Made by a program: the position numbers and the translations under genes | The notes under the pieces: model-generated | Databases searched by the model: none | Seen by the model: the letters and a program-made list of their open reading frames with translations, nothing else | What the model was told of the DNA's origin: nothing | Shown: in pieces, positions 40,782 to 51,270 of the stretch | How positions within the stretch are numbered: the first letter of the stretch is position 1 | Layout: each line of letters opens with the position of its first letter | DNA from: an uncultured Verrucomicrobiae bacterium | GTDB lineage: Bacteria; Verrucomicrobiota; Verrucomicrobiia; Chthoniobacterales; UBA10450 | Assembly: GCA_963726745.1 (NCBI GenBank) | Contig: CAVSDR010000006.1 | Coordinates: forward strand, 224,001 to 288,000 | DNA length: 64,000 nucleotides | Direction of reading: 5' to 3'

Positions 40782-42161
40782 CTAGTCAAGGAACTTGCCG
40801 GGGTTCAGAATCCCCTCCGGATCGAGCGCGTCCTTGATCCGCCGATGGAGCGCGCGCGCGACCTCGCTCGTGGCCTCCGGCCACCAACGTTTCTTCGCCA
40901 GGCCGATGCCGTGCTCGCCGGTAATCACCCCACCCCACGCGAGCACCTGCGCGAAAAGTTCATCCAGCGCCGTCTCCACTTTCGCCCGCACCGCGGCGTC
41001 GCGGTTGTAACGCTCGGCCATGATGTTGACGTGAATATTTCCGTCGCCCGCATGCCCGAAGGCGGCCACGGGAAAGCCGTGCTTCTTTTGCAGTGCGTCG
41101 GCAAATTCGACCAGGTCAACCAGGCGACTGCGCGGGACCACGATGTCCTGGTTAAGCTTCGTTAGGCCGGTGGCCCGGAGCGAATTGCTGAACTCGCGCC
41201 GCAGCGCCCAGAGCTTCTCGCAATCCGCCTCCACGGTCGCGATCTCCACGCGATTGGGCTTCATCGAATCGATCAGCGCGCGTAGTTTTTCCATCTCCAG
41301 CGCGACCGTTTCCGGCTGGCCATCGAGGTCGACCAGGAGGTGCGCATTTCCCGGCGCGACCACGTCCGCCCCGAGGTCGCGCCGCGCCGCTTCGAGCGTG
41401 AAGTGGTCGGCTATTTCCAGCGAGGAAGGCAGGAAGCCGTGCGCAAAAATCTTCTGCACCGCCGCGGCCGCGGTCGACATCCTCTCAAAGGCGGCCGAGA
41501 GCGTGGCGCGCGCTGGCGGCAGCGGCAGGAGCTTGAGCGTGATCTCAGTTACGATCCCGAGCATCCCTTCCGAGCCCACGAAGAGGCCGATCAAATCGAA
41601 GCCGGTTTTGTTTTTGTGCACCCGTCCGCCAGTGCGCAAAATTTCTCCGCTCGGCAGCACCACTTCCAGGCCAATGACATAATTGCGCGTGACGCCATAC
41701 TTCAAACATCGCGGGCCGCCGGCATTCGTGGCCACGTTTCCGCCCAGGCTGCAATGCGCCAAGCTGGCCGGATCGGGCGGATAAAAGAGCTTCAGCTCCC
41801 GGGCGCGCGCTGCCAGATCGAGCGTAATTACGCCGGGCTCTACTACCGCCACCGCGTCGGCAAAACTCACATCCTTGATCCGATTCATCCGCGCGAGCGA
41901 AAGCGCGATTCCACCGCGCACCGGCACGCAACCGCCCACATAGCCATAACCGGCGCCACGCGGCGTGACGGCTATTTTCTTCTCCGAGGCGAAGCGCATC
42001 AGCGTGCTCACCTGCGCGGTCGTTTCCGCGAAGACGACGACTTCCGGCAACCCGCTGGCAAACCACTTATCGCCCGCATGCGCTGCGAGCGTCTCCGCAT
42101 CATCGGCGATCGCCCGGGCCCCGAGCAATTCGACCAGCTGCTGCTTCAATCCCAAATGCAA
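40782..42161 (-). CDS. FAD-linked oxidase (GlcD/D-lactate dehydrogenase-like)
   Basis: YPPDPAS, GGNVATNAGG..KYGVT, GSEGMLG, GHAGDGNIH, GEHGIG, LNPGK. Confidence 0.9.
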   Translation of the reverse strand: MHLGLKQQLVELLGARAIADDAETLAAHAGDKWFASGLPEVVVFAETTAQVSTLMRFASEKKIAVTPRGAGYGYVGGCVPVRGGIALSLARMNRIKDVSFADAVAVVEPGVITLDLAARARELKLFYPPDPASLAHCSLGGNVATNAGGPRCLKYGVTRNYVIGLEVVLPSGEILRTGGRVHKNKTGFDLIGLFVGSEGMLGIVTEITLKLLPLPPARATLSAAFERMSTAAAAVQKIFAHGFLPSSLEIADHFTLEAARRDLGADVVAPGNAHLLVDLDGQPETVALEMEKLRALIDSMKPNRVEIATVEADCEKLWALRREFSNSLRATGLTKLNQDIVVPRSRLVDLVEFADALQKKHGFPVAAFGHAGDGNIHVNIMAERYNRDAAVRAKVETALDELFAQVLAWGGVITGEHGIGLAKKRWWPEATSEVARALHRRIKDALDPEGILNPGKFLD

Positions 42162-42178
42162 AGTCGAGCTTCGATCTG

Positions 42179-42955
42179 TTACATCCCCATGATCTGGTAC
42201 CCGCCATCGACATAGAGCACTTGTCCCGTGATCGAGGCGGCGCCTTCACTCGCGAGAAAGACGCCGGTCGCGCCGAGCTCCGCGCCACTGCACGAGCGAC
42301 GCAACGGAGCCCTCTCTTCGTAATGCTTCATCATCGTCATCAAGCCACTCACGCCGCGAGCTGCGAGCGTGTTCATCGGGCCGGCAGAGATGCAGTTCAC
42401 GCGAATCTTTTTTGCGCCCAGGTTGTGCGCCAAATAACGCGTGCTTGCCTCGAGCGAGGCCTTGGCCACGCCCATCACGTTATATCCCGGGACCACTTTT
42501 TCGGCGCCGTAATAAGTCATGGCCACGATGCTGCCCCCGTCGGTCATCATCGGCGCGACGGCGCGGGCGAGGGCCACCAGGGAATAGGCACTGATGTCGT
42601 GCGCCGCGGCAAAAGCCTCGCGGCTGGTGTTGAGGAATTCACCTTGGAGCGCTTCCTTGGGCGCAAAGGCGACCGAATGCAGCATCAGATCCACCCGGTC
42701 GGTGTGCCCGCGCACTTTCTCGAAGAACTGGGCGATCTCTTCGTCCTTCGAAACATCGCACGGCCACAGCGGCGTGCTCTCGCCAAACTCGCCGACTAAT
42801 TCCTCGACGTTCTCCTTCAATCGATCGCCTTGATAATTGAAGATCAGCTTCGCGCCCTCCGCGGCCCACGCCTGCGCGATCGCCCAGGCGATGCTCCGTT
42901 TGTTTGCCACGCCGAAGACGACTCCCGTTTTCCCTGCCAAAAGTTGCTGCGCCAT
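42179..42955 (-). CDS. fabI: Enoyl-ACP reductase
   Basis: GVANKRSIAWAIA, HSVAFAP, YNVMGVAKASLE, ISAGP. Confidence 0.95.
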   Translation of the reverse strand: MAQQLLAGKTGVVFGVANKRSIAWAIAQAWAAEGAKLIFNYQGDRLKENVEELVGEFGESTPLWPCDVSKDEEIAQFFEKVRGHTDRVDLMLHSVAFAPKEALQGEFLNTSREAFAAAHDISAYSLVALARAVAPMMTDGGSIVAMTYYGAEKVVPGYNVMGVAKASLEASTRYLAHNLGAKKIRVNCISAGPMNTLAARGVSGLMTMMKHYEERAPLRRSCSGAELGATGVFLASEGAASITGQVLYVDGGYQIMGM

Positions 42956-42994
42956 GGCCGGCAGCATACGCAGCTTCCCAAGGCGCGCCAAGAT

Positions 42995-43675
42995 TCAGCC
43001 GGCGGCCGCGCGCCGCTGGTCCCGCCGGCGCCCAACCAGGAAGCCGTAGAGTCCCTGGACCGGTCCGAGAAGCGCGAAAACCATCGGCGCCAGCGGCACC
43101 CAGCGCCGGGGGATGGTGAGCGCGATCAAGATTACAAGCAGGCCCACCCCGGCGTTGATCAGGTGCGCGCCCGCATCCGCCTTCACCTGGAAAACCTCCT
43201 CGACGGTCATTTCCATGGCCGCCCGCTGTCGCCAGGCGTGCACATGCAGCAGCACGAACATGGCGAAGAGGCCGGCAAATCCCGCGCCGTAGATCGCCGA
43301 GGTGCGCGCCAGTTGCTCCAACGTCATCGGCGTGATCTCCCGGCCGGTTACGCCGAACCGCGCGAACCAGGAATCGAAGATGAACTTCAGCGGGTAGACG
43401 TAAAACAGGACCACGAAGAGGAGCGCGCCGTTGAGCGCCACCGCGAGCCCGTCCTCGAGTCGGTAACGTTGAAAAAAGCGTCGGTGTTCGAACCAGACCC
43501 AGACGAGGACGGCGAAGGAACACGCAAAAGGGAGGAAACCGCCGAGCAACTTCTCTAGGTCGGCATAGCTGCGCGGCACTTCGAGCGCGACCACCAGGAG
43601 CGTAAGCGCGAAAGCGAAGACCGCGTCGCTGAAAGCTTCCAGGCGCGAGTTTTCCTGCTTTCCCGCTGGCTTCAT
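42995..43675 (-). CDS. TMEM175-family (DUF1211) potassium channel-like membrane protein
   Basis: SRLEAFSDAVFAFALTLLV signature; several TM helices. Confidence 0.8.
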   Translation of the reverse strand: MKPAGKQENSRLEAFSDAVFAFALTLLVVALEVPRSYADLEKLLGGFLPFACSFAVLVWVWFEHRRFFQRYRLEDGLAVALNGALLFVVLFYVYPLKFIFDSWFARFGVTGREITPMTLEQLARTSAIYGAGFAGLFAMFVLLHVHAWRQRAAMEMTVEEVFQVKADAGAHLINAGVGLLVILIALTIPRRWVPLAPMVFALLGPVQGLYGFLVGRRRDQRRAAAG

Positions 43676-43795
43676 TTCTGCCGTTCTATAGAAACGTTTT
43701 CACCGCGTCACCGCGAAAGCTTTCCGGGGCGGTCCACCTCATGGGCGAGGGTCGGATGAATCCATTCGCCGCCAGTGGGCGAAAATACCTCGGCC

Positions 43796-45357
43796 ATGGT
43801 CATGAATCTCCAACCTGCTTCCGCGAGCGAAAAATCTGTCGTCATCGTGGGCGCCGGCCCCGGCGGGTTTGGCCGCTGCCATCTTGCTCGCTGCCGCCGG
43901 CACGAAAGTGCGCATCCTCGAGCGGCTGCCGATTGTCGGCGGGCGCACTTCCACGATCGAGGCCGATGGCTTTCGCTTCGATCTCGGGCCGACTTTTTTC
44001 CTCTACCCGCGCGTGCTCGAGGAGATCCTTGCAGTGGCCGGGACCAGCCTTGCAAAAGAGGTCGAAATGGTCCGGCTCGATCCGCAATATCGCCTCCTCT
44101 TCGGCGCCGGCGGCCAGCTCGATTGCACCCCGGACGCGGCGGAGATGGAGCGCCAAATTGCTGCCTTTTCCCCGCGCGACGCCGGCGGGTTCGCGGCTTT
44201 CATGCAGGCGAACCGCGCCAAGCTCGAACGCATGCAGCCTGCGCTCGAGAGCGCCTTTCACGGTTGGCGCAACTTGATCGATCCGCGCCTGCTCAAGTTG
44301 CTGCCAATGCTTCAGCCGCATCGCTCGCTCGACAGTTACCTGCGCCGCTTTTTCACCGATGAGCGTACGCGCCTCGCCTTCTCATTTCAGTCGAAATATC
44401 TCGGCATGTCGCCGTTTCGCTGCCCGAGTCTTTTCTCGATTCTCTCCTTCCTCGAATACGAATACGGCGTCTTCCACCCGATCGGCGGTTGCGGCGCGAT
44501 CACGCAGGCGCTCGCGCGCGTGGCCCAGCGGCTCGGCGTGGAGATTCAACTCGACGAGCCGGTGACCGAACTTCTGCTCGAGAACAAACGCGCCGTGGGC
44601 GTGCGCACGCGTCGCGGGGTTTATCGCGCCGATGCGGTGGTCGTGAATGCTGACTTCGCGCGCGCCATGTCGCGCTTTGTCCCGAATAGCGCGCGCCGCC
44701 GCTGGACGGAGGAGAAGGTGGCGCGCAAGAAGTTCTAGCTGCTCGACTTTCATGCTCTACCTCGGGATCGAAGGCCGCTTCGACCTCCCACATCACAACA
44801 TCTATGTCGCCCGCGACTACGCGCGAAACCTCGACGAGATCGAGAATCAGCACGTTCTCTCGCGCGATCCTTCCTTCTACGTGCAGAATGCGAGCGTGAC
44901 CGACCCGACGCTCGCCCCCGCCGGGATGAGCACGCTCTATGTGCTCGCGCCGGTGACGCACCAGCACGCGAACGTCGATTGGAGCGTGGAGAAGGACCGC
45001 TTCCGCACGCTTCTCTTGAAACAAATCGCGCAGGCCGGCTTCACCGGCGTGGAGGAGCGCATCCGCTTCGAGCGCATGATCACGCCGGCTGATTGGGACG
45101 AGCAATACGAGATCCACCTCGGCGCGACCTTTAATCTCTCGCACTCGTTAGACCAGCTCCTGCACCTGCGCCCGCGAAATCGCTTCGAGGACATTCCCGG
45201 GGTTTACCTTGTCGGCGGCGGAACCCATCCCGGCAGCGGGTTGCCGGTTATTTTTGAATCGGCCCGCATCACCTCGCGTTTGCTCTGCGAGGATCTCGCT
45301 CTGCCCAATCCCGCGCCTGCGACGGCGGCCGGCGATCCCTTGGAGGTGCTCGCTTGA
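43796..45357 (+). CDS. crtN: CrtI-family desaturase, CrtN-like (C30); frameshifts near 43868 and 44737
   Basis: IVGAGPGG, FDLGPTFF, FSFQSKYLGMSP, CSTFMLYLG, FYVQNA, LVGGGTHPGSGLPVIFES. Confidence 0.8.
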
Positions 45358-46643
45358 TTGCCGCGCTCGACGTTCATCGTTTGGAAACCGCGGTCTCTGA
45401 CGATGTCCGCCAGGCGGTCGAACGCGCCCGCGCCGCCCAGCCAGCCTGGGCTCGCCTAACGAGCAGTGCGCGCGCGCGCCACTTCGGCCGGCTGCGCCCG
45501 TTGCTCGCGGAGAATGCCCGCGCGCTCGCGCAGGCGGCCGCGGCCATCGCCCATCGCCCGCTGGCCGAGAAGCTCACTTCGGAAGTGCTTCCGCTGGTCG
45601 AGGCGGTGCGCTTTCTCCAGCGCGAAACCACCCGCATCCTGCGCCCGCAAAAGTTCGGCCGGCGCGGTCGGCCACTTTGGCTGCACGGCAGCACCTTCGA
45701 GGTGCAACGCCGGCCGCATGGCGTGGTCCTCGTGGTGGGCCCGGGAAATTACCCGCTCTTTTTGCCCGCGGTCCATCTGCTGCAGGCGCTCGCGGCAGGG
45801 AACGCGGTCGTGGTCAAGCCGGCCGAGGGCACGTCGCGTCCGCTGGAATTACTGCACGACATCTTGCTGTCTGTTTTCCCGAAAGGCCTGGTCGAGCTCC
45901 TGCCCGAGACCAAGGCCGCCGCGCGCGCCGCAGTTCAATGCGGGATCGACAAGGCCATCTTTACCGGTTCTTCGCCGAACGGCTGCGACCTGCTCGCGCT
46001 CCTGGCGGAGACGAATGTCCCAAGCGTGATGGAACTCTCCGGCGCGGATGCGGTCTTCGTGCGCGCCGATGCGGACGTCGCGCTCGCGGCCAAGGCCATT
46101 TGCTTCGGGGTGCGGCTAAACAACGGCAACACCTGCATGGCGCCGCAGACCATCTTCGTGCATCAAGGCGTCGAGGCCGAGCTACGGAAAGCGCTGATTC
46201 TTTCTGGTCTGGAGGAGGAAAGCATCGTCGCGGTGCGCGATGACGCCGACGCGCTCGAGCTGGCAAACCTGAACGAGCACGGCCTGGGGGCCTCGATTTT
46301 CTCGAGCGACGAAAAAGCTGCGCAAGCGCTCGCCGCGCAGCTTCGCACTGGCTTCGTCACGATTAACGATCTCATCGTCCCGACGGCCGATCCGCGGTTC
46401 CCCTTCGGCGGGGTGGGCGCGAGCGGGTTCGGGATTACGCGCGGCGCGGAAGGCCTGCTCGAGATGACCTACGCGCACGTGGTCGCGACCCGGCGGACGA
46501 AATTCCTCCCGCATCTCGAGGAGCCGCAGGAGCAGGACGCGGAACTTTTTGAAACGTATCTTACCCTGGCGCACGGGCGCGGCTGGCGCGCGCGCTGGTC
46601 GGCGCTCCGCCGGCTGGTGCAACTATGTCGGGAGCGAAAATGA
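45354..46643 (+). CDS. Aldehyde dehydrogenase, probable diapocarotenal dehydrogenase (AldH/CrtNc)
   Basis: GNYP, GNAVVVKP, FTGS, MELSG, NGNTCMAP, PFGG; lies between the two crtI-like genes. Confidence 0.8.
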   Translation: MIAALDVHRLETAVSDDVRQAVERARAAQPAWARLTSSARARHFGRLRPLLAENARALAQAAAAIAHRPLAEKLTSEVLPLVEAVRFLQRETTRILRPQKFGRRGRPLWLHGSTFEVQRRPHGVVLVVGPGNYPLFLPAVHLLQALAAGNAVVVKPAEGTSRPLELLHDILLSVFPKGLVELLPETKAAARAAVQCGIDKAIFTGSSPNGCDLLALLAETNVPSVMELSGADAVFVRADADVALAAKAICFGVRLNNGNTCMAPQTIFVHQGVEAELRKALILSGLEEESIVAVRDDADALELANLNEHGLGASIFSSDEKAAQALAAQLRTGFVTINDLIVPTADPRFPFGGVGASGFGITRGAEGLLEMTYAHVVATRRTKFLPHLEEPQEQDAELFETYLTLAHGRGWRARWSALRRLVQLCRERK

Positions 46644-48163
46644 AACACGTAGGAATTGTCGGCGGCGGCTTGGGTGGATTGGCGGCGGCTTGCACGCTGG
46701 CGGCGCGCGGGCATGCCGTGACCGTTTTCGAGAAAAACGAGTGGCTCGGCGGCAAGGCCGCGGTCCTGGAACAGGATGGCTACCGCTTCGATATGGGGCC
46801 GACGATCCTGACCGTGCCCTCCGTTCTCCGGCGCATCTTCGCCGAGGCTGGGCGCAAGCTCGAGGACGAGCTTCCTCTCGTTAGGCTGGATCCGCAGTGG
46901 CGCTGCTTCTTTGACGATGGCAACCAGCTCGACCTGGTCGCGAGCGTGGCCCGGATGCGCGAAGTGCTGGCTGATTTCTCCGGTGCGCCGACCGCCGAGG
47001 GCTACGCGAAGTTCATCGACCACGCGGAACGCCTCCATCGCATCTCCTCGCAGTGGTTTTTCTGGCGCCCAGTCGGCGGCCTGCGCGACATGTTTAACGC
47101 GCGCAACATGACCCAGAGCGGCACGCTTTCCGACGTCTTCGCGATGCGCATGGGCCGGAGTGTGGCCAGCACGGTGCGCTCCTACGTGCCGGATGCGCGA
47201 GTCGCGCAGATGGTCGACCACTTCACCCAATATGTCGGCTCCGCGCCGGACACATCGCCCGCCGTTCTTTGCGGCATCGCGCACATGCAGACCGAGGAAG
47301 GCATCTGGTATCCACGCGGCGGCACCGCGGCCATTCCGCGCGCGCTCGAGAAATTAGCCAGCGAGTTGGGAGTGAAAATCCGCCTCGGCGTGGACGTCGC
47401 GCGGATCACACACACCAGTGGCCAGGTCACCGGCGTGGAGCTGACAGACGGCGAAAACGTGAAGCTCGACGCGGTTGTTTCCAACAGCGACGCGGTCCGC
47501 ACGCACCGGGAGTTGTTAGGCGGCGTGAAAAAATTCGAGCGCCGCCGGCGTTACGAGCCGGCCTGCTCCGGGGTCGTGCTTTACCTCGGCCTGCGCAAAC
47601 GCCAGCCGGCGTTCCTCCATCACAATTTCGTCTTCTCCGCCGATCCGCACGAGGAGTTCGATTACATCTATCGCCGCGGCGAACCCGCGCCCGACCCGAC
47701 CTGTTACGTCTGCGCGCCTGCGATCACCGAGCCGGAGGTCGCGCCGCCCGGCGGCGAAGCGCTCTATATTCTCGTGCACACGCCCTATCTCCGACCCGGT
47801 CAGGATTGGCAGAAAATGCTGCCTGATTATCGGCGAACGATTTTGGAAAAAATCCGGCGCACCACCGGCGTGGATCTCGAGAGCGAAATCGTAACCGAGA
47901 GCGCGCTCACCCCGCAGGACATCCATGAGCGCTACCGCGTGCTCAACGGCGCGATCTACGGCCTCGCGAGTCACGGCCGCTGGCTCGGCGCTTTCAAGCC
48001 AAACAATCGCAGCGCCGACGTGCGCGGCCTTTACCTCGCCGGTGGCGCGGCGCATCCGGGACCGGGCATGCCGATGGTTTTGATGTCCGGTTGGATCGCG
48101 GCCGATGCGCTCGATCAAGACCAGCCCGCGGTCCAAAAACCCGATCTCGTGACGGCTGCATGA
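46640..48163 (+). CDS. crtP: CrtI-family diapolycopene/diaponeurosporene oxygenase (CrtP/CrtNb-like)
   Basis: VGGGLGGL, FDMGPTILT, QYVGS.P..SPAVL..IAHMQ.EEGIWY, GAIYG, HPGPGMPMVLMSG. Confidence 0.78.
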   Translation: MKHVGIVGGGLGGLAAACTLAARGHAVTVFEKNEWLGGKAAVLEQDGYRFDMGPTILTVPSVLRRIFAEAGRKLEDELPLVRLDPQWRCFFDDGNQLDLVASVARMREVLADFSGAPTAEGYAKFIDHAERLHRISSQWFFWRPVGGLRDMFNARNMTQSGTLSDVFAMRMGRSVASTVRSYVPDARVAQMVDHFTQYVGSAPDTSPAVLCGIAHMQTEEGIWYPRGGTAAIPRALEKLASELGVKIRLGVDVARITHTSGQVTGVELTDGENVKLDAVVSNSDAVRTHRELLGGVKKFERRRRYEPACSGVVLYLGLRKRQPAFLHHNFVFSADPHEEFDYIYRRGEPAPDPTCYVCAPAITEPEVAPPGGEALYILVHTPYLRPGQDWQKMLPDYRRTILEKIRRTTGVDLESEIVTESALTPQDIHERYRVLNGAIYGLASHGRWLGAFKPNNRSADVRGLYLAGGAAHPGPGMPMVLMSGWIAADALDQDQPAVQKPDLVTAA

Positions 48164-48978
48164 TCGCGCGCACCTCCGCGGTCGGTCGCGGTCCGGCCGG
48201 CAGGAATCGCCGCACTGGCGCAGTCGCGCCGCGCATCTCGCCCAGACTCCTGCGGCTTTTTCAGCGCTATGCGCAAGGTTATGTGCGCCGGCATTTTCAT
48301 TCCGTGCGGCTGCTGCGCGGCGGCGCGCCGGCACGATGTGTCGACTACCCACTGGTGGTCTACCTGAATCACGCCTCTTGGTGGGATCCGCTGCTATGCC
48401 TGCTGCTGGCGCAGCGTTTCTTTCCGGCGCGCCAATCCTACGGGCCAATCGAAGACGACTCGTTAGGGCGTTATCGCTTCTTTGAGAAGCTGGGCTTCTT
48501 TGGCGTGGAAGGAAACCGCTCGCCGGCGCGCGTCGATTTTCTCCGAATCGCCGACCGGATTCTCGCGACGGAGCGCAACGCGCTTTGGCTCACGCCGCAG
48601 GCACGCTTCGTCGACAGCCGGGTGCGCCCGCTACATTTCCGGCGCGGGTTGGGTCACCTGGCGGCGCGCACTGACCGGGCCGCCTTCCTGCCGCTGGCGC
48701 TGGAATATGTTTTCTGGGAAGAGCGCCAGCCGGAGGTGCTGGTGGGCTTTGGTGAACCGGTGATTTTTTCCGGTGAACAACGGCTTGGCCTCGGTGAAAC
48801 GACGCGCCTTTTCGAGACGGCGCTCGCCACGGTGCAGGATCACTTGGCCGCGGCCGCGCAACGCCGGCAGCCGGCGGAATGGGACCGCCTCGTCGTCGGC
48901 CGCGCAACGATCAATCCCTTCTACGATCTCTGGCGCCGCCTGCGCGGCGAGCGCTCGCTGGCGCATTCCGACTTGTGA
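48160..48978 (+). CDS. PlsC-like acyltransferase, probable carotenoid-glycoside acyltransferase
   Basis: NHASWWD (HxxxxD) motif, PQA, PLALEY; located in the carotenoid cluster. Confidence 0.75.
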   Translation: MIARTSAVGRGPAGRNRRTGAVAPRISPRLLRLFQRYAQGYVRRHFHSVRLLRGGAPARCVDYPLVVYLNHASWWDPLLCLLLAQRFFPARQSYGPIEDDSLGRYRFFEKLGFFGVEGNRSPARVDFLRIADRILATERNALWLTPQARFVDSRVRPLHFRRGLGHLAARTDRAAFLPLALEYVFWEERQPEVLVGFGEPVIFSGEQRLGLGETTRLFETALATVQDHLAAAAQRRQPAEWDRLVVGRATINPFYDLWRRLRGERSLAHSDL

Positions 48979-50100
48979 GCGCGTTCCTCTTTGTCGTGCT
49001 CGCGTGCGCCGCCTGGCCCGCGCTGCTTTTCCTGCGCAACCTCTCCGTTTTCCGTCCGCCTGCGTCCGGCGAGGAAATAGCCGACAACCTCTCGATCCTG
49101 ATCCCGGCGCGGGACGAGGCGCGCAACATCCGCGCGGCGGTCGAGGCTGCGCTCGCCAATGCCGGCGCCGAGGTGCTGGTGCTCGACGATGGCTCGGAGG
49201 ATGCGACCCCGGAAATCGTGGCCGAAATGACCCGCCGCGAGCCGCGTCTGCGTCTGCTCCGCGGTGAAACTTTGCCAGCAGGCTGGTGCGGCAAAAACTG
49301 GGCCTGCGCGCAGCTCGCGGCCGCGGCCACCCGTCCGATTTTACTCTTCGCGGATGCCGACGTGCGCCTCGCTCCCGGCGCCGGCGCGGCCCTGGGCCGC
49401 TGGCTGCGCCTAACGAGAGCTGATCTCGGCAGCGGGATTCCCCGGCAGGAGATGGAGAGCTTCGCGGAGCGCTTGCTCGTGCCGCTGATTCACTTCGTGC
49501 TCCTTGGCTTCCTGCCGTTGCGCCGGATGCGCGCCTCGCCACATCCCGCGTATGCCACCGGCTGCGGGCAGCTGATGGTCGCGGACGCGGCGGCCTACCG
49601 CGCCACCGGCGGGCACGGCGCGATCCGTTCCCGCATCCACGAAGGCCTCGCACTGCCGCGGCTCTTCCGCGAGCGAGGGCTTCCGCACGGATTTGTTTGA
49701 TGCCACGCCATGGGCGCTTTGCCGGATGTACCGAAGCGACGCGGAGACCTGGCGCGGTTTTGGCAAGAATACGCACGAAGGCCTCGGCGCGCCCACGCGG
49801 ATCGGTCCGTTTACCTTGATCCTCGGCCTTGGGCAGGTGGCGCCGTTTGCGCTTCTCCCCTTCACGCCATGGCTTTCGGGCTGGCAAATAGCCGGCATTT
49901 TCATCGCGATCGTCGCCGCGCTGCTGCCGCGGGTGGTCGCGGCGCGCCGGTTCGGCCAACCGTTCCGTGCGGTCTGGCTGCATCCGCTCGGCGTCGCCAG
50001 CTTGCTGGCTCTCCAATGGTGGGGCCTCGTGCGCTACCTGCGCGGCCGCCCTTCCTCCTGGAAAGGCCGCAGCTATCTAAGCGCGCCGACCGCAGCCTAA
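48975..50100 (+). CDS. crtQ: GT2 glycosyltransferase (CrtQ-like), frameshift near 49678
   Basis: SILIPARDE, DDGSEDAT, GWCGKNWAC, FADADV, CRMY..TWRGFGKN, SWKGR. Confidence 0.75.
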
Positions 50101-50769
50101 CAAGCGATCGCGTGGCGCTGGCAAACGCCCGAAAGCAGGTCCCAAAGCGATTGGAGCACGCGGTCGACCGCGGCTTTGACCGCGCCGGCGTTCTCCTCGG
50201 TCACGTGCTCGCGCAGCATCTCGCGCTCGGCCGCGGCATGCTCGCGGTCGGCTTCGAGGTGCACGCTGAAATACTCGTAGCTCTTCGCGTCGGTCTGGCC
50301 GTAGTGCTTCTTCAAGCCATCGATCTTCGACTCCGAGACGCTCGGGATCTGGCTCTCGTAGGCGTAAAGCGCAGCCAGGCCCTCGGCCGTGGCCCCGTGG
50401 TGGCAGATGTCGCGGAAAGTCCCGATGAGACCGCAGGTTTCCGGCTGCTTCGCGGCGCCCTGCACCTCTTCGCGGCTCGCGCCTAACGAGTCGGCAAATT
50501 GCAGCCAAAGTTCCGGATGATTCGGGGTGCCGGCTTCCTCGTCGATCAAGTTTTGCAGGACCTGCCGGCGGGTCGGCTGGTCTTCGCAATGCGCGTGCAC
50601 CGCCGAGAGATAGGTCGGGAAGGCGGCCACGTGGTGGTAGTACTGCTGCGGCGTAATCGCGCAGCGCCGCGGCGCTGAGCTCGCCGCGGGTCCAGGCGAG
50701 GTAAAAGGGATGGGTCAGGAGATGTTTCGCGGCGATCTGCTGGTCGATGGAATCGAGGATCTGGCTCAT
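50097..50769 (-). CDS. CADD/PqqC-like heme-oxygenase-fold protein (putative folate/pABA synthesis), frameshift near 50647
   Basis: HLLTHPFYLAWTRGELS, YYHHVAAFP, NLIDEE..NHPELW, LYAYESQIP, YFSVHLEADREH. Confidence 0.82.
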
Positions 50770-50912
50770 GGGAAAGATGGAAGAGTTGAGGGTTGAGCCG
50801 CGAGTCTCCCCGAAGAACTCCACCGCGAAAAGAAAATCTTTTCCCGGCCGACTGCTCGTTAGGCGGCGGCTTTTGCCTTGCCAGCCGGACGGCCCGGGAA
50901 AGAATAGCCGGC

Positions 50913-51221
50913 ATGATCGGACGCGCGCGCCTCGCCCTGCTCCTCCTGCTCTTCTTCGTGGCGAGCTGCGATCGCGCGCGCGAACGCCTCGCGGGGAAAT
51001 GGCAGGCCGCGAACGACCCGAATGCGATGGTCTGGGAATTCTCCGCCAATGGCGCGCTCAAAGCCGGCGAAACCGCGGGACGCTACACTTTGGGCGACGG
51101 CCGGCGGATCAAGATCCAGACGCCGCGCGCGACTTTTGTCTACGAACTCGAGCTGCGCGACGACGTGATGATTTGGAAAGAAGCGAGCGGCGCGCGCACG
51201 GAATTGCATCGCCTCCGGTGA
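50913..51221 (+). CDS. Small hypothetical lipoprotein
   Basis: Lipobox-like VASC; LAGKW beta-rich body. Confidence 0.6.
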   Translation: MIGRARLALLLLLFFVASCDRARERLAGKWQAANDPNAMVWEFSANGALKAGETAGRYTLGDGRRIKIQTPRATFVYELELRDDVMIWKEASGARTELHRLR

Positions 51222-51270
51222 GCCCGGAAGAATGATTCGCGACGGCTCCGCTTAGTGTTATAGACGCGAC

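Noticed and set aside
43796..50769. Calling the frameshifted carotenoid and CADD genes pseudogenes
   Set aside because: The same single-base breaks hit housekeeping genes such as trmB, xseA and iscS, with catalytic motifs otherwise intact; assembly error is more parsimonious.
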